From a phage: a stretch of DNA of 64,000 nucleotides. The first letter of the stretch is position 1; each line of letters begins with the position of its first letter. This document shows, in pieces, positions 43,515 through 53,195 of this stretch. The notes under the pieces were generated by a model that was given only the letters and a program-made list of their open reading frames with translations, did not search any database and had not been told where the DNA came from. The position numbers and the translations under genes are program-made. The stretch lies in sequence record PZ402301.1, one strand, 5' to 3'.

Positions 43515-45333
43515 ATTGGCTCATCCATTCTTTACGAAGGTCAGCATTATCTCCCATGAGCATTTCAAAAAGCTCTTTCCAGTTCTCAGGAAGTTTAACA
43601 ACATCATATACTGGATTTTGAATCATCTCACGATATTCAGATTTTTCCAAAGAGCCAAGTCCTTTAATATAACGGATGCTATGTTTAGGTAGAGCATCTT
43701 TAGCACTCTCATATTCAGCGACTGTATAAAACCATTCTTGTTTTTTACCGACCTGAGCGATGATTACAGGAGTTTTGACAAAGCGAATTCTTCCTTGTTC
43801 AAACAGTTCTGGCCAATTACTGAAAAATCCGAGCAGAGAAGGATAAATGCTTCCTAGACCATCGTGGTCAGCGTCAGTCATAATAGCAATATTATGATAA
43901 TTCAAGTTTTCGGCTTTTTCACCAAGAACTAATCCAGTGATTGCGCAAATATCAAACAGTTCTTTGTTTTTAAGCATATCAGCATATGACATACCCCAAC
44001 TGTTGAGAACTTTACCACGTAATGGATAACCACCATGAAGTTCTTTATCACGAACATCAATAAGATATCCGATAGCGGAATCACCCTCAGTCAAGAAAAG
44101 AGTAGTGTCAGCATCTTTACCACAAAGATTCGCTTTAATATGTTTATGAACCTTAGCTTTAGAAGCCTTTTTAGCTGCTTTAGTTTCTGCTGCTTTTTCT
44201 GCCGCCAATTTACGAGCCAAGGCAGCTTCAATGATTGGCATTAAAATTGCTTCATTGTTTAAAATAGCGCGTGAAATCTTTTTAGCATCAAGCTGAATAT
44301 GACTACGAATTTCACCAAAAGGAGAAGTCAAACGCTCTTTAGTTTGAGAATCAAATCGCATGTTTTTCATATCACGAACAAACATAACGATAGTCAAACA
44401 TTCTTTAACGCGTGCTTTAGTTACATCAATTTTAAATTTACGTTTGATTTGTGGAATAAGGTCTTCACAAATATCATCCATAACACAGTCAATGTGATGA
44501 CCACCATTCTTAGTATGAATGTTATTGACGTATGTTAATTGACGAAAACCATCCGGTGAACGACCAACCGCAATAGAGCAATTTTCCTGTTCTTGAACGA
44601 TAGCATGCTCATCATACTGGCGTGCATACTTCTTAAAATTGCCCTGAACCTTTTTACCATTAAAGGTAAATTGAATATCAGGATAAACTACTGCAAGTGT
44701 CTGGAGACGATCTAGTGTAATGTCAAGATAAACTTGAGATAGCTCATTAGTTTCAAATGACATAAAATCAGGAATGAAAGTAACGCGAGTTCCTTTCCAT
44801 TTTCCAGGAATAGTTTCCCATGATTTATTTTCCATGCCGTTTGAACAACGAACTACAATATTATTTTGACCGTCGCCAGTTTCACCGACAAACATCACAG
44901 AAAAAATGTTAGTTAAACTAGAACCAACACCGTTCATACCGCCAGTGACGCGTTCTTTGTCATCACCGAAGTTACCACCTGCTTTTGGAATAGTCCAGGC
45001 AGCAACAGGACCAGGAATTTCTTCACCAGTAGGTGTTTTAACCATCGCTTGTGGAATACCGCGACCGTTATCTTCAACTGTTACTTGATTGTTTTTGATA
45101 GTAACATTAATTTTATTTGCGAATTTAAACTTAGTACGAATACCTTCATCTACTGAGTTATCGATAATTTCATCAATAAGCTTAACAAGACCAGGTACAT
45201 ACTGAACACTTTCCCATTTACCAAACAGAAAGCGCTCATGCATTTCATTAGCAGAAGAGCCAATATACATGCCGCTACGCTTTTTGATATGTTCAATATC
45301 GCTCAGAATTTTAATTTCATTCTTAATCATCAC
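43513..45333 (-). CDS. 39: DNA topoisomerase II large subunit (GyrB-like ATPase plus TOPRIM); single ORF equivalent to T4 genes 39 + 60
   Basis: 606 aa continuous ORF; T4 splits this into 39 (516 aa) and 60 (160 aa); C-terminal TOPRIM-type region present. Confidence 0.9.
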   Translation of the reverse strand: MMIKNEIKILSDIEHIKKRSGMYIGSSANEMHERFLFGKWESVQYVPGLVKLIDEIIDNSVDEGIRTKFKFANKINVTIKNNQVTVEDNGRGIPQAMVKTPTGEEIPGPVAAWTIPKAGGNFGDDKERVTGGMNGVGSSLTNIFSVMFVGETGDGQNNIVVRCSNGMENKSWETIPGKWKGTRVTFIPDFMSFETNELSQVYLDITLDRLQTLAVVYPDIQFTFNGKKVQGNFKKYARQYDEHAIVQEQENCSIAVGRSPDGFRQLTYVNNIHTKNGGHHIDCVMDDICEDLIPQIKRKFKIDVTKARVKECLTIVMFVRDMKNMRFDSQTKERLTSPFGEIRSHIQLDAKKISRAILNNEAILMPIIEAALARKLAAEKAAETKAAKKASKAKVHKHIKANLCGKDADTTLFLTEGDSAIGYLIDVRDKELHGGYPLRGKVLNSWGMSYADMLKNKELFDICAITGLVLGEKAENLNYHNIAIMTDADHDGLGSIYPSLLGFFSNWPELFEQGRIRFVKTPVIIAQVGKKQEWFYTVAEYESAKDALPKHSIRYIKGLGSLEKSEYREMIQNPVYDVVKLPENWKELFEMLMGDNADLRKEWMSQ

Positions 45334-45399
45334 TTATCCTCGTTTGGTTTCGGGAATATTATACTCCGGTAATCATAAAGCTAAAGGCCCGAAGGCCTT

Positions 45400-45672
45400 T
45401 TATTTAAAACGGATAGTTGAATCCTTAAAGAACAGCCCAGAACACACAGTTCCTTCTACTTTCTGCCCGGTAGGTCCAATAGCACGAAATCCAGTATGCT
45501 GGAAATCATTTTCAGAGCAACCGAACCAGTTGTATCCAGTGATTTCAATATTAGTAAAACCGCTTGAAGACAAAACTTTGGTTGCGTTATCAGCATCAGT
45601 ACATCCTACTAAAGATACTGCTAATACTAATGCCGCGATAGAACGATTAACATATTTCATAATTTCACTCAA
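45400..45672 (-). CDS. putative lipoprotein, 90 aa (39.1 position)
   Basis: Signal peptide with lipobox LVGC. Confidence 0.6.
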   Translation of the reverse strand: MSEIMKYVNRSIAALVLAVSLVGCTDADNATKVLSSSGFTNIEITGYNWFGCSENDFQHTGFRAIGPTGQKVEGTVCSGLFFKDSTIRFK

Positions 45673-46036
45673 ATTTAATGGCTTGAAGGAGACTAATAAT
45701 TCTCAAGCGACTTCTTTCATCTTTAACTGTAAAAGAAAGAGGGTCACCAGATTTCATAGTGATAGTGCATTCAAAATCAAAATCTTCAGGAACTTCTTCG
45801 AAGAAGTCAAATTCTTCATCATAAATTAGAACATTACTCTGAAAACTGTGAAGAATTTTTCCATCATTTCCAGATGCTGTACTAATCATTGTAACATTAT
45901 GGCCTTTCATATCTTCAACGATAAATTCGCTTGTAGATATTACGGCATTAATAGAACTATTCCTATAAATAGAAGAAAGTAAATATTTCTTTTCTTCACC
46001 TTCGCGAACACGATATTTCTTACCAATTTTAAACAT
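45665..46036 (-). CDS. hypothetical protein, about 123 aa (39.2 position)
   Basis: ORF track; likely start ATG 46034-46036 with AAGGGTGA RBS (track starts at GTG). Confidence 0.55.
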   Translation of the reverse strand: MFKIGKKYRVREGEEKKYLLSSIYRNSSINAVISTSEFIVEDMKGHNVTMISTASGNDGKILHSFQSNVLIYDEEFDFFEEVPEDFDFECTITMKSGDPLSFTVKDERSRLRIISLLQAIKFE

Positions 46037-46038
46037 AA

Positions 46039-46215
46039 TCACCCTTTAAGTAAGTCGTAAAATCCACCATTCACATGCTTAGGAGCAGAAGGCCGACGAG
46101 TAGACAAACGATGACATTTAGGGCAAACATCATTTTCTCGTTCAGAAATCTTTTTAATTTTTTCATATTCATGCCCACAATCTTCGGATTGGCATTTATA
46201 ATCATACATTGGCAT
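46039..46215 (-). CDS. zinc-ribbon small protein, 58 aa (FmdB-like CxxC...CxxC)
   Basis: Found by reading; MPMYDYKCQSEDCGHEYEK...CPKCH; AAGGA RBS; not in ORF track (<60 aa). Confidence 0.55.
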   Translation of the reverse strand: MPMYDYKCQSEDCGHEYEKIKKISERENDVCPKCHRLSTRRPSAPKHVNGGFYDLLKG

Positions 46216-46217
46216 AA

Positions 46218-46637
46218 TTATTCCTTAAAATGTGCTTTCAACATCTGATACAAGGACCATGCCTGTTCATTATTTTCAATAGTAACTTTCATTACCGGGA
46301 ATTCTGTGAAATCTTCTATTTGTTCTTGCTCTTCCTGCTCTTGTTCTTCAGCAGCCTGATATGGATTTTCCACTTCATCAAAGAACCCAGCTTCGTTAGT
46401 AGAGAGCCAGATAAAGTTTTCATCAAGGATATCACCGCCGGCACAACGTTTGAGTACACCTATGGATGTCATAATTTTAGTAGGACGCCCAAGATAATCA
46501 GCATCTAAAATTTTAAAAGGCTCCATACCTAAACGTCGTGCATAGATTCCGTTATCAGTATGGTCTTTAATAAAATTTTCTTGAGCTTGTTTATTTTTAA
46601 ATTGATACCATTTATTAACTTCAAATTTAATAGCCAT
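46218..46637 (-). CDS. hypothetical protein, 139 aa with acidic [10 protein letters not shown] stretch (T4 goF position)
   Basis: ORF track; assignment to goF is by position and size only. Confidence 0.55.
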   Translation of the reverse strand: MAIKFEVNKWYQFKNKQAQENFIKDHTDNGIYARRLGMEPFKILDADYLGRPTKIMTSIGVLKRCAGGDILDENFIWLSTNEAGFFDEVENPYQAAEEQEQEEQEQIEDFTEFPVMKVTIENNEQAWSLYQMLKAHFKE

Positions 46638-46852
46638 TAATAAATTTCCTTCCAGTAAGTTGTACCGTCTTCAGTAATTTCACGAAATACACCATAAATT
46701 GGCTGTTTATCACCGACTTTCTCATACACATAAACAGAAGTCAAGTGAGTAAACTTGCTAGTATGTTCCTTTTGAACTACTACCAAATCTGGATCAAATA
46801 ATACATCTTCAAATTCGTCATTAGTGCAGTTCTGAACAATTTTACGTTTCAT
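46637..46852 (-). CDS. hypothetical protein, 71 aa (T4 cef position)
   Basis: ORF track; size equals T4 Cef; positional assignment only. Confidence 0.55.
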   Translation of the reverse strand: MKRKIVQNCTNDEFEDVLFDPDLVVVQKEHTSKFTHLTSVYVYEKVGDKQPIYGVFREITEDGTTYWKEIY

Positions 46853-46865
46853 TACAATTTCCTCA

Positions 46866-47147
46866 TTAATTGAACAGTGGAGCGATGCGTTTCAGAAGAG
46901 TAGCAGCACCTTTGGCGAATTTTACATCATGAAAAACAGTTTCTTCTTCCGTTACAACACGAACTTTAATGTTTTCACAATCCCAATTTTTGCGAACAAT
47001 CTTCAAAAGCTGCAGTAAATCTTTACATTCAGCAATATCGATAACACATCCACGAGAATCTTCCATTATCGCACGATAACCATAAGCCATACCATAATCG
47101 TTGAAAGATTGTTCGATGATAATTAAGTTTTCCATTTTATTCTCCAA
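46866..47147 (-). CDS. hypothetical protein, 93 aa
   Basis: ORF track; palindromic promoter-like region upstream (47160-47205). Confidence 0.55.
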   Translation of the reverse strand: MENKMENLIIIEQSFNDYGMAYGYRAIMEDSRGCVIDIAECKDLLQLLKIVRKNWDCENIKVRVVTEEETVFHDVKFAKGAATLLKRIAPLFN

Positions 47148-47232
47148 GTTATTTTCTGTATCAGTAGTTGATATTGATATAGTACCATAATCAACTACTG
47201 ATGTATATAGTTTTATGAAAAAATTTTAAACT

Positions 47233-47730
47233 TTATGCACAGCGGGCTTTGCTATAGTGTTTAATCCAACTTTCAGGAATGGCTTTGTATGTTCCTAAAA
47301 ATACCGCGTTGTACAACTTAACGCCATCTTCTACCCATTGATCGGTAATGTATGCACACATAGCGCGAGTACGACGTTTTTGAACAACCCCTTCTTCGTC
47401 TTCGGTAAATTCAAATTCATAAGGAGCGACGAACTTAATAGCTTGACCGAGTTTCCACTTAAAGTCTACGCCTACATGCGAAGTATCAATCGTTTCAATT
47501 CCTTTAGCAGGAACAGCTTTCAAAAAAGCAGACTCAAGAAATTTCGCACGAACATAGCCAAACTGAGGTTTAGACTTTCCATCTTTAGGAATGATACGCA
47601 CTTTTACTTCAGAATCTTCATCTTTAACGCCATGTTTAAGCTGAATGCTTACAATTTCGACCAATTTTCCTGCTGCTTTAGAACGGGATTTATCAGATAC
47701 ACGAGCAATTTCACCAATATTAATAATCAT
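47233..47730 (-). CDS. hypothetical protein, 165 aa (T4 motB position); paralogue of next ORF
   Basis: ORF track; shares C-terminal motif C.Y/W.TDQW(V/I)EDGV with ORF 47807-48349. Confidence 0.6.
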   Translation of the reverse strand: MIINIGEIARVSDKSRSKAAGKLVEIVSIQLKHGVKDEDSEVKVRIIPKDGKSKPQFGYVRAKFLESAFLKAVPAKGIETIDTSHVGVDFKWKLGQAIKFVAPYEFEFTEDEEGVVQKRRTRAMCAYITDQWVEDGVKLYNAVFLGTYKAIPESWIKHYSKARCA

Positions 47731-47771
47731 AGTTATCTCTCACTTGTTAAAAAGATTTTATACTCCACGGG

Positions 47772-47805
47772 ACCATTATACTCTGATCCCAAGAGTTTGT
47801 AAACT
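47772..47805 (-). promoter_or_regulatory. early promoter-like element upstream of 47233-47730
   Basis: GTTTAC (rc of 47799-47804), TATAAT -10. Confidence 0.5.
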
Positions 47806-47806
47806 A

Positions 47807-48349
47807 TTAATTTAAAATAGCTACCACCGCACTACGAGGTACTACACTAAAATCGCCTGCATGCACAACATTCAGAAGTTCAACGCCATCTTCAATCCAT
47901 TGGTCTGTTACCCAACCACAGACCGAAATAAATGGGGTCTTGATAGCTACAGCACGAGTTAAAAGGTCGGTAGGGTCTTGTTCTTCAACTTCTTGGAACA
48001 GGATGAACTCTGCTTCATAAACCAGGATTTTCTCTATTTTGTTATTGTCTAAACGACGACCGTGAATGACGTAAGATTTGGCAAACCAGCCACTTTTGGC
48101 AAATTCTTCAACAATAAATTCGCCTTCGCCAAAAACATCAGTCAAAGTTTTATGGCCGGAAATCAAGGCATTAGTTTTAATTTCAGGTTCAACCAGTTTG
48201 TAGGTTTTGCCGATTTCAATAGCGGTAGTCATAGTAGGTTCCTTAATTTCCAGTGGTTCAACAGGGCATACATAAGTGCTTACAACATCAAAATCAATCA
48301 GTTTAGCTACCGGATTTGGTGTGTATTCAGGATTATAATTAAATTTCAT
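47807..48349 (-). CDS. hypothetical protein, 180 aa; paralogue of 47233-47730
   Basis: Shared motif GWVTDQWIEDGVELLNVVHAG vs AYITDQWVEDGVKLYNAVFLG. Confidence 0.6.
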   Translation of the reverse strand: MKFNYNPEYTPNPVAKLIDFDVVSTYVCPVEPLEIKEPTMTTAIEIGKTYKLVEPEIKTNALISGHKTLTDVFGEGEFIVEEFAKSGWFAKSYVIHGRRLDNNKIEKILVYEAEFILFQEVEEQDPTDLLTRAVAIKTPFISVCGWVTDQWIEDGVELLNVVHAGDFSVVPRSAVVAILN

Positions 48350-48351
48350 AT

Positions 48352-48852
48352 TTATCTCATTTCAATAAAATCTACGAGTTCAGCATGCGATTTGCGGAAC
48401 ATTACTTGGTGCCCGCCAATGATAACTTCATCTTCAGGAACTTCATATACAGCAAGATAAAATCCTTTAGAAGATAATTCTTCACGTTCTTCTCGTGTGA
48501 ACCATCTCATCATATCATATTCACTAGCGAAAGCAAAATGATAAAGAGCTATAAACCATCCTGGAATATGATATTCTACTCCAACATAATCTTTCTTGAA
48601 CTTAGTATTAATTACTATATTAGCGTTTTTAACTAATAGTTTATCTTCGTGCGGTAAAGGAATTCTTTTATTATTATCGCTATGATGCATAAAATTAGGT
48701 CTATCATAACCTACGTGTAATAACCACTCTTCGCTCCATGAATCTATTATACTCCTGTACGGCGTTATTTGAACACAAAGATTTCGACGTATTGTTATAG
48801 CATCTTCATGATTAAGAATACTAAAAGATGATTCAACACGATAAATTTTCAT
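48352..48852 (-). CDS. hypothetical protein, about 166 aa (start moved to ATG with GAGGA RBS)
   Basis: Promoter 48874-48910 lies inside the longer track ORF; ATG 48850-48852. Confidence 0.55.
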   Translation of the reverse strand: MKIYRVESSFSILNHEDAITIRRNLCVQITPYRSIIDSWSEEWLLHVGYDRPNFMHHSDNNKRIPLPHEDKLLVKNANIVINTKFKKDYVGVEYHIPGWFIALYHFAFASEYDMMRWFTREEREELSSKGFYLAVYEVPEDEVIIGGHQVMFRKSHAELVDFIEMR

Positions 48853-48873
48853 TTTATTATCCTCAGTAGCTAT

Positions 48874-48910
48874 GATGTTATAATACCACAACTAACCGAG
48901 GAAGTAAACA
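48874..48910 (-). promoter_or_regulatory. early promoter-like element
   Basis: GTTTAC (rc of 48904-48909), TATTATAA -10. Confidence 0.5.
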
Positions 48911-48915
48911 ACTTT

Positions 48916-49599
48916 TTATCGTTTTGTTGGAAGAGACAGAGGATCGCACTCTTCCTCTGACGGAGCATCTTCAAGACCCATAGCATATCGCAAAGCATAC
49001 TTCATCATCAGGATGTCTTTCGCACAGTCATGAATAGAATCATGTGCAACGAATCCATCTAAAGTTCCCTTTGGAAGAGGACATGTGGTCATATCACGAA
49101 CAAGAAGAAGTGCTTCAATTCTGGTACGAATATCACGCTGATTCCAGAATTTACATGGTTCTAACTTAAACGTGTCAAGCTCATTCTCGGAAACGCCGTT
49201 AAGACGTTGAATATCGCGAATGAGATCGACTAAAATTGGAAAATCAAACGACATTCCACGGCACCAACCCTGAGATTTCCAAGGATCGATATTATGCGCA
49301 TTGATGTAATCATTAAATTTTACAATACCATCGATAGTGCTTACATCTTCATCTGATGGCGCAATATTTTTTCGAGCTTCAGGAGACTGATTTTTCCACC
49401 ATTCGATAGTGCTTTTAGTAAAAAGACGATGTCCTTTTTGGCTTTTTAAATCAAACTTGATTTTAATGCCGCGTGAAACTAATTCATCGAATGTTTCAAC
49501 TACTTCTGGATTAGGGTCAAAGGCAATAACAGCCAAATCAATAACAGCTGCCTTTTCACCGCTTCCCATTGTTTCAAAATCTATAATAAAATCAAACAT
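48916..49599 (-). CDS. dexA: exonuclease A (DnaQ-like 3'-5' exonuclease)
   Basis: 227 aa, T4 DexA length; N-terminal DFET exonuclease motif (IIDFETMG). Confidence 0.85.
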   Translation of the reverse strand: MFDFIIDFETMGSGEKAAVIDLAVIAFDPNPEVVETFDELVSRGIKIKFDLKSQKGHRLFTKSTIEWWKNQSPEARKNIAPSDEDVSTIDGIVKFNDYINAHNIDPWKSQGWCRGMSFDFPILVDLIRDIQRLNGVSENELDTFKLEPCKFWNQRDIRTRIEALLLVRDMTTCPLPKGTLDGFVAHDSIHDCAKDILMMKYALRYAMGLEDAPSEEECDPLSLPTKR

Positions 49600-49874
49600 T
49601 AAATTTTCCTCGCTAAATCACGAATTTGACCTACAGTATAATCTTGGATATAAACTTTATTAATGGGCTCATCAATAAATTTTGCCATAGATTCAATATC
49701 TTTTTGTATCTCTTCAAGACTGTATACTATCTTTAAAGCTTTTTCGCGAATAGTAACATTATCAGGTCCTGAATTTTCTTGAATGACAGCTTTAACATTT
49801 GCCATAAGAGATTTAAACTGATGCAAACTTAATTCAATCATTAATAACCGCCTTATAAAGATGGCTAATTTCAC
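49599..49874 (-). CDS. hypothetical protein, 91 aa (dexA.1 position)
   Basis: ORF track. Confidence 0.5.
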   Translation of the reverse strand: MKLAIFIRRLLMIELSLHQFKSLMANVKAVIQENSGPDNVTIREKALKIVYSLEEIQKDIESMAKFIDEPINKVYIQDYTVGQIRDLARKI

Positions 49875-50079
49875 CTAAAACATAATCACTGATTGTAACA
49901 GTTTTCACTTCACCGCAAAAGAATTCTAATGCAATCAAATCTCGTTCAATTTCTTCCAATTGAAGCATTAACTTTCCCGATTCAATTTTCACGTTTTTGC
50001 GATTTTTACTATAAGCTATTTCATAAATTTCGCTCACTTTATCTTGAAGTAGATAAAACTGGTCTTTAGTTATTTCCAC
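49834..50079 (-). CDS. hypothetical protein, 81 aa (dexA.2 position)
   Basis: ORF track; GAGGAAG RBS. Confidence 0.5.
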   Translation of the reverse strand: MEITKDQFYLLQDKVSEIYEIAYSKNRKNVKIESGKLMLQLEEIERDLIALEFFCGEVKTVTISDYVLGEISHLYKAVIND

Positions 50080-50100
50080 GAATAGCTTCCTCGAATTTAA

Positions 50101-51420
50101 TCATACGTAAAACACATCATAACGACCACGAGTGACACCAACATAAAGAAGCTGCTGAGCTAGTTCAGCATCTGCATAATGGATACAAGGCGTATAGATA
50201 AAAGCACGGTCTACAGACATGCCCTGAGCTTTATGGAATGTTGATGCAGGAAGTGCTTTCACTTTACTAAACTGCGATTTAGCATCCCAAAAATCACTCC
50301 ACGGAGCTTTTCCACCTTTATTCCAATTTTTATAAGTTTCTGCCGTTTTACCTAAAAATAAGTTAAACTTATACAGCTCTTCATCAGATGAAATTATTTT
50401 AATCTTTTCACGATAATATTCATCATCGCCGTAAGTTTCTACTGTTAAATCCCAATGACGAATTAGATATTCTCCAGAAACACCACGAGCTTTAACAAAC
50501 GTCGATGTATACTCTGCTTCTATAATACGAACTAATTGTCCGTTATTAAAAATAATTTCTGACACAGGCTTTCCATCAATTTTATATGTTTTAATTAATG
50601 GTTCCTGCATTACAATAATTTCACCAACGATAAAATCTTTATCAGTTTCAAAAATCTTTTTGCGAATAATGTTATTTAACTTATCAACAGATTTATTCGT
50701 AAATGCCATTACACGATTTTCAAACAAATCATCTAGTGATTTTACGATTGAAAAATAATTTACCATAAAATCGCGTAAAGCGGTATCACCGGTAAATCCA
50801 CGTACTCCATGTCCGTCAATAATTTTATCATAAATCCACTTACCGTTACGAACATCAGTAGCTACATCAATAATAGGAGCATTACTGCGTTTAACTTCAG
50901 TGAGTTCACATTGATAAAAATCTTTGTGCGTAAAGAATGGACTGATATAAGCAGTGTTTTCTCCTGGGTCAACAGGTCTAATTTGCTTATTATCGCCTAT
51001 TCCAATTATAGTACACCATGGCGGGATAGTCGAAAGCAGAATTTTAAATAGCTTTCTATCGTACATTGACACTTCGTCGCAGATTAATACTCTACATTTA
51101 GCCAAATCCGGTACTTCTTTTTGTTCAAAAAGAACGTTTTCTTCATATGTTACTGGGTTAATTTTGAGAATACTGTGAATAGTACTCGCTTCTTTCCCTG
51201 ACAGTTTTGAAAGAATCTTTTTAGCCGCATGTGTAGGAGCTGCTAAAATAATTCCAGTTTCGCCTGTAGATATTAAAGCTTCAATGATGAACTTAGTAAG
51301 AGTAGTCTTACCAGTACCGGCAGGTCCATTAATAGTTACATGATGTTTCTTTTCTTTAATAGCCCTCATAACGATGTTAAAGGCATTTTTCTGACCTTCG
51401 GTCAAATCATCAAATGTCAT
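50101..51420 (-). CDS. dda: Dda DNA helicase (SF1)
   Basis: 439 aa, T4 Dda length; Walker A GPAGTGKTT. Confidence 0.9.
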   Translation of the reverse strand: MTFDDLTEGQKNAFNIVMRAIKEKKHHVTINGPAGTGKTTLTKFIIEALISTGETGIILAAPTHAAKKILSKLSGKEASTIHSILKINPVTYEENVLFEQKEVPDLAKCRVLICDEVSMYDRKLFKILLSTIPPWCTIIGIGDNKQIRPVDPGENTAYISPFFTHKDFYQCELTEVKRSNAPIIDVATDVRNGKWIYDKIIDGHGVRGFTGDTALRDFMVNYFSIVKSLDDLFENRVMAFTNKSVDKLNNIIRKKIFETDKDFIVGEIIVMQEPLIKTYKIDGKPVSEIIFNNGQLVRIIEAEYTSTFVKARGVSGEYLIRHWDLTVETYGDDEYYREKIKIISSDEELYKFNLFLGKTAETYKNWNKGGKAPWSDFWDAKSQFSKVKALPASTFHKAQGMSVDRAFIYTPCIHYADAELAQQLLYVGVTRGRYDVFYV

Positions 51421-51728
51421 CGTAAATTCCCTGCAATTGGTATACTAACAATACGCCCAGTATCTAAAATTCGCCGATATAATCTTTGTGTGTCTACATC
51501 AGGCTTAACATGTTTAACTTCTATTTTATTAAACCAAAACTTGCGTGGAGTCTCAACTAATCTCGGAATTCCCATACCTAAAGCTAGTCGATACTGATCT
51601 TTAAGAGTTGTAAATACTTTATCAGCAATCTCCCTTTCAAAAAATACAGCAGGACGATGTTCATCAAGAGGAACAGGCACCGCAAATCCATCTTTATCTC
51701 TATACACTATCGCATATACATAAAACAT
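51417..51728 (-). CDS. hypothetical protein, 103 aa (dda.1 position)
   Basis: ORF track; coupled to dda start. Confidence 0.55.
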   Translation of the reverse strand: MFYVYAIVYRDKDGFAVPVPLDEHRPAVFFEREIADKVFTTLKDQYRLALGMGIPRLVETPRKFWFNKIEVKHVKPDVDTQRLYRRILDTGRIVSIPIAGNLR

Positions 51729-51729
51729 A

Positions 51730-52476
51730 TTATCCTCGGATAAGTTTAAAAATTGAACAATTTAGCGGGTATCCTCTTTTCAGTTTAAGTTTATCAATAA
51801 AAGACAAGTTTTGATACCGCTCTACACCTTGAATAATTTTATCACACATATCATATTGCATTTCTGCTTCTGACAACTTTTTCACGGTTTTCCAATCTGA
51901 GCCTTTAAGAAGAACGTTTAATTTAACAACTTCAGCGCCTTCTGCTATACGAGAACCATCAATACGAGCTTTAAGTGCTATAATCGTTAGCTTAACGTCA
52001 GAAGTTTGTTTTGATTTAGAAAGCTGAGAAATGTGCTCAATTCGGTTTTCACGTTTTTTCTGTATAGCTTTAATTTGATTATAAGTCTTTTTGATTTTAG
52101 CCCATTTCTTTTCATCTAAATTTAGTTTATGAACTTTTTTCGCAGATGAACGACCAATTCGCAAAGCAAATAAATCACGCTTTTCAATCAACTCTTCTAA
52201 AGTATAATCAGAACGAAATGTATTATACTTTTTCTTTACTGCAATAACATTCCCTTTAATGTATCCAACGTTATTATCAAAACGTTCTAATGATAATTTC
52301 TCTCCTTCAATACGATTATCAAAAGGTTCTCCTGAGTAAGCGCAAACTTTCTGATCTAAAATGTTCTTAATGTAATTGAAGTCTAAGTTAAAATCTTTAG
52401 AACGTCTTTTAGCAGATGCCTGAGTATGCTCTAGACGACGTGTAATTTTACGAATTTGATTTTTAGACAGTTTCAT
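51730..52476 (-). CDS. hypothetical protein, 248 aa (T4 srd position) with degenerate HNH-like segment
   Basis: ORF track; segment CAYSGEPF...SLERFDNNVGYIKGNVIAV resembles a degenerate HNH fold; positional srd assignment. Confidence 0.6.
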   Translation of the reverse strand: MKLSKNQIRKITRRLEHTQASAKRRSKDFNLDFNYIKNILDQKVCAYSGEPFDNRIEGEKLSLERFDNNVGYIKGNVIAVKKKYNTFRSDYTLEELIEKRDLFALRIGRSSAKKVHKLNLDEKKWAKIKKTYNQIKAIQKKRENRIEHISQLSKSKQTSDVKLTIIALKARIDGSRIAEGAEVVKLNVLLKGSDWKTVKKLSEAEMQYDMCDKIIQGVERYQNLSFIDKLKLKRGYPLNCSIFKLIRG

Positions 52477-52502
52477 ATTTTTCTCACGGACGGGTTAACT
52501 AC

Positions 52503-52537
52503 TTATACTATAACATTTTTACTTCAGCTTGTAAACA
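52503..52537 (-). promoter_or_regulatory. early promoter-like element
   Basis: GTTTAC (rc of 52531-52536), TATAGTATA -10. Confidence 0.5.
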
Positions 52538-52592
52538 ACTTTATGAAAAATGCTTTAAAACTTTCATGGTATAATGAATCTAAGTCCTTCCA

Positions 52593-53195
52593 TTATAGAT
52601 TAAATCCTTCAAAATCAAGAGTATAGATAGTGTATGTTGAATACTTTTTATACTCATATCTATCTGCAATTCTAAATACACTTCCAGCTGGTATCATTAC
52701 TTCTTGTTCATCTGAAACTAATTCCATATTACGATAGCGATGGCTATCTGGAAATTTAAAACTCGGACTATATTCTTTACAACGTAAAGCTTTTATAGCA
52801 TACTCCTGGAAATTAAATACCATAGGAGCTTTGAATTCAAAAATAACTTGCGTGTTGTATTCTAATCCAGAAGCAAAATGCAGAGCTATATTTTTATCAT
52901 ATGAAGCTGATACTACTTTATCAAATGTAATAATATCAATTCCTTGATTTAATACCTGCTTAGTCTCAACTGGAACACCTCTCCAAAGAGGTTTATCGTT
53001 TGGAACCAAACGAGATTTGATTATTTCATTTAACCAAGAATGATCGTCTGGCTTATTAGTAATACAATGAATTAAAAGTTCAATTTCAGATAAATTAAAT
53101 CCTTCAGAAAGTAATTCTTCACGAATAGAAGCACGCACCGATGCATCCATTGATTTGATTTTAAAATCTTTTAATTGCATTGCTGAATATTTCAT
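52593..53195 (-). CDS. modA: ModA ADP-ribosyltransferase
   Basis: 200 aa; R-S-E ADP-ribosyltransferase triad pattern (LWRG, SASYD, EQEVMIP). Confidence 0.8.
   Translation of the reverse strand: MKYSAMQLKDFKIKSMDASVRASIREELLSEGFNLSEIELLIHCITNKPDDHSWLNEIIKSRLVPNDKPLWRGVPVETKQVLNQGIDIITFDKVVSASYDKNIALHFASGLEYNTQVIFEFKAPMVFNFQEYAIKALRCKEYSPSFKFPDSHRYRNMELVSDEQEVMIPAGSVFRIADRYEYKKYSTYTIYTLDFEGFNL

Noticed and set aside
45963-45970. TATAAATA octamer on the plus strand inside the 39.2-position ORF
   Set aside because: No plus-strand gene downstream; likely a chance occurrence in AT-rich coding sequence.
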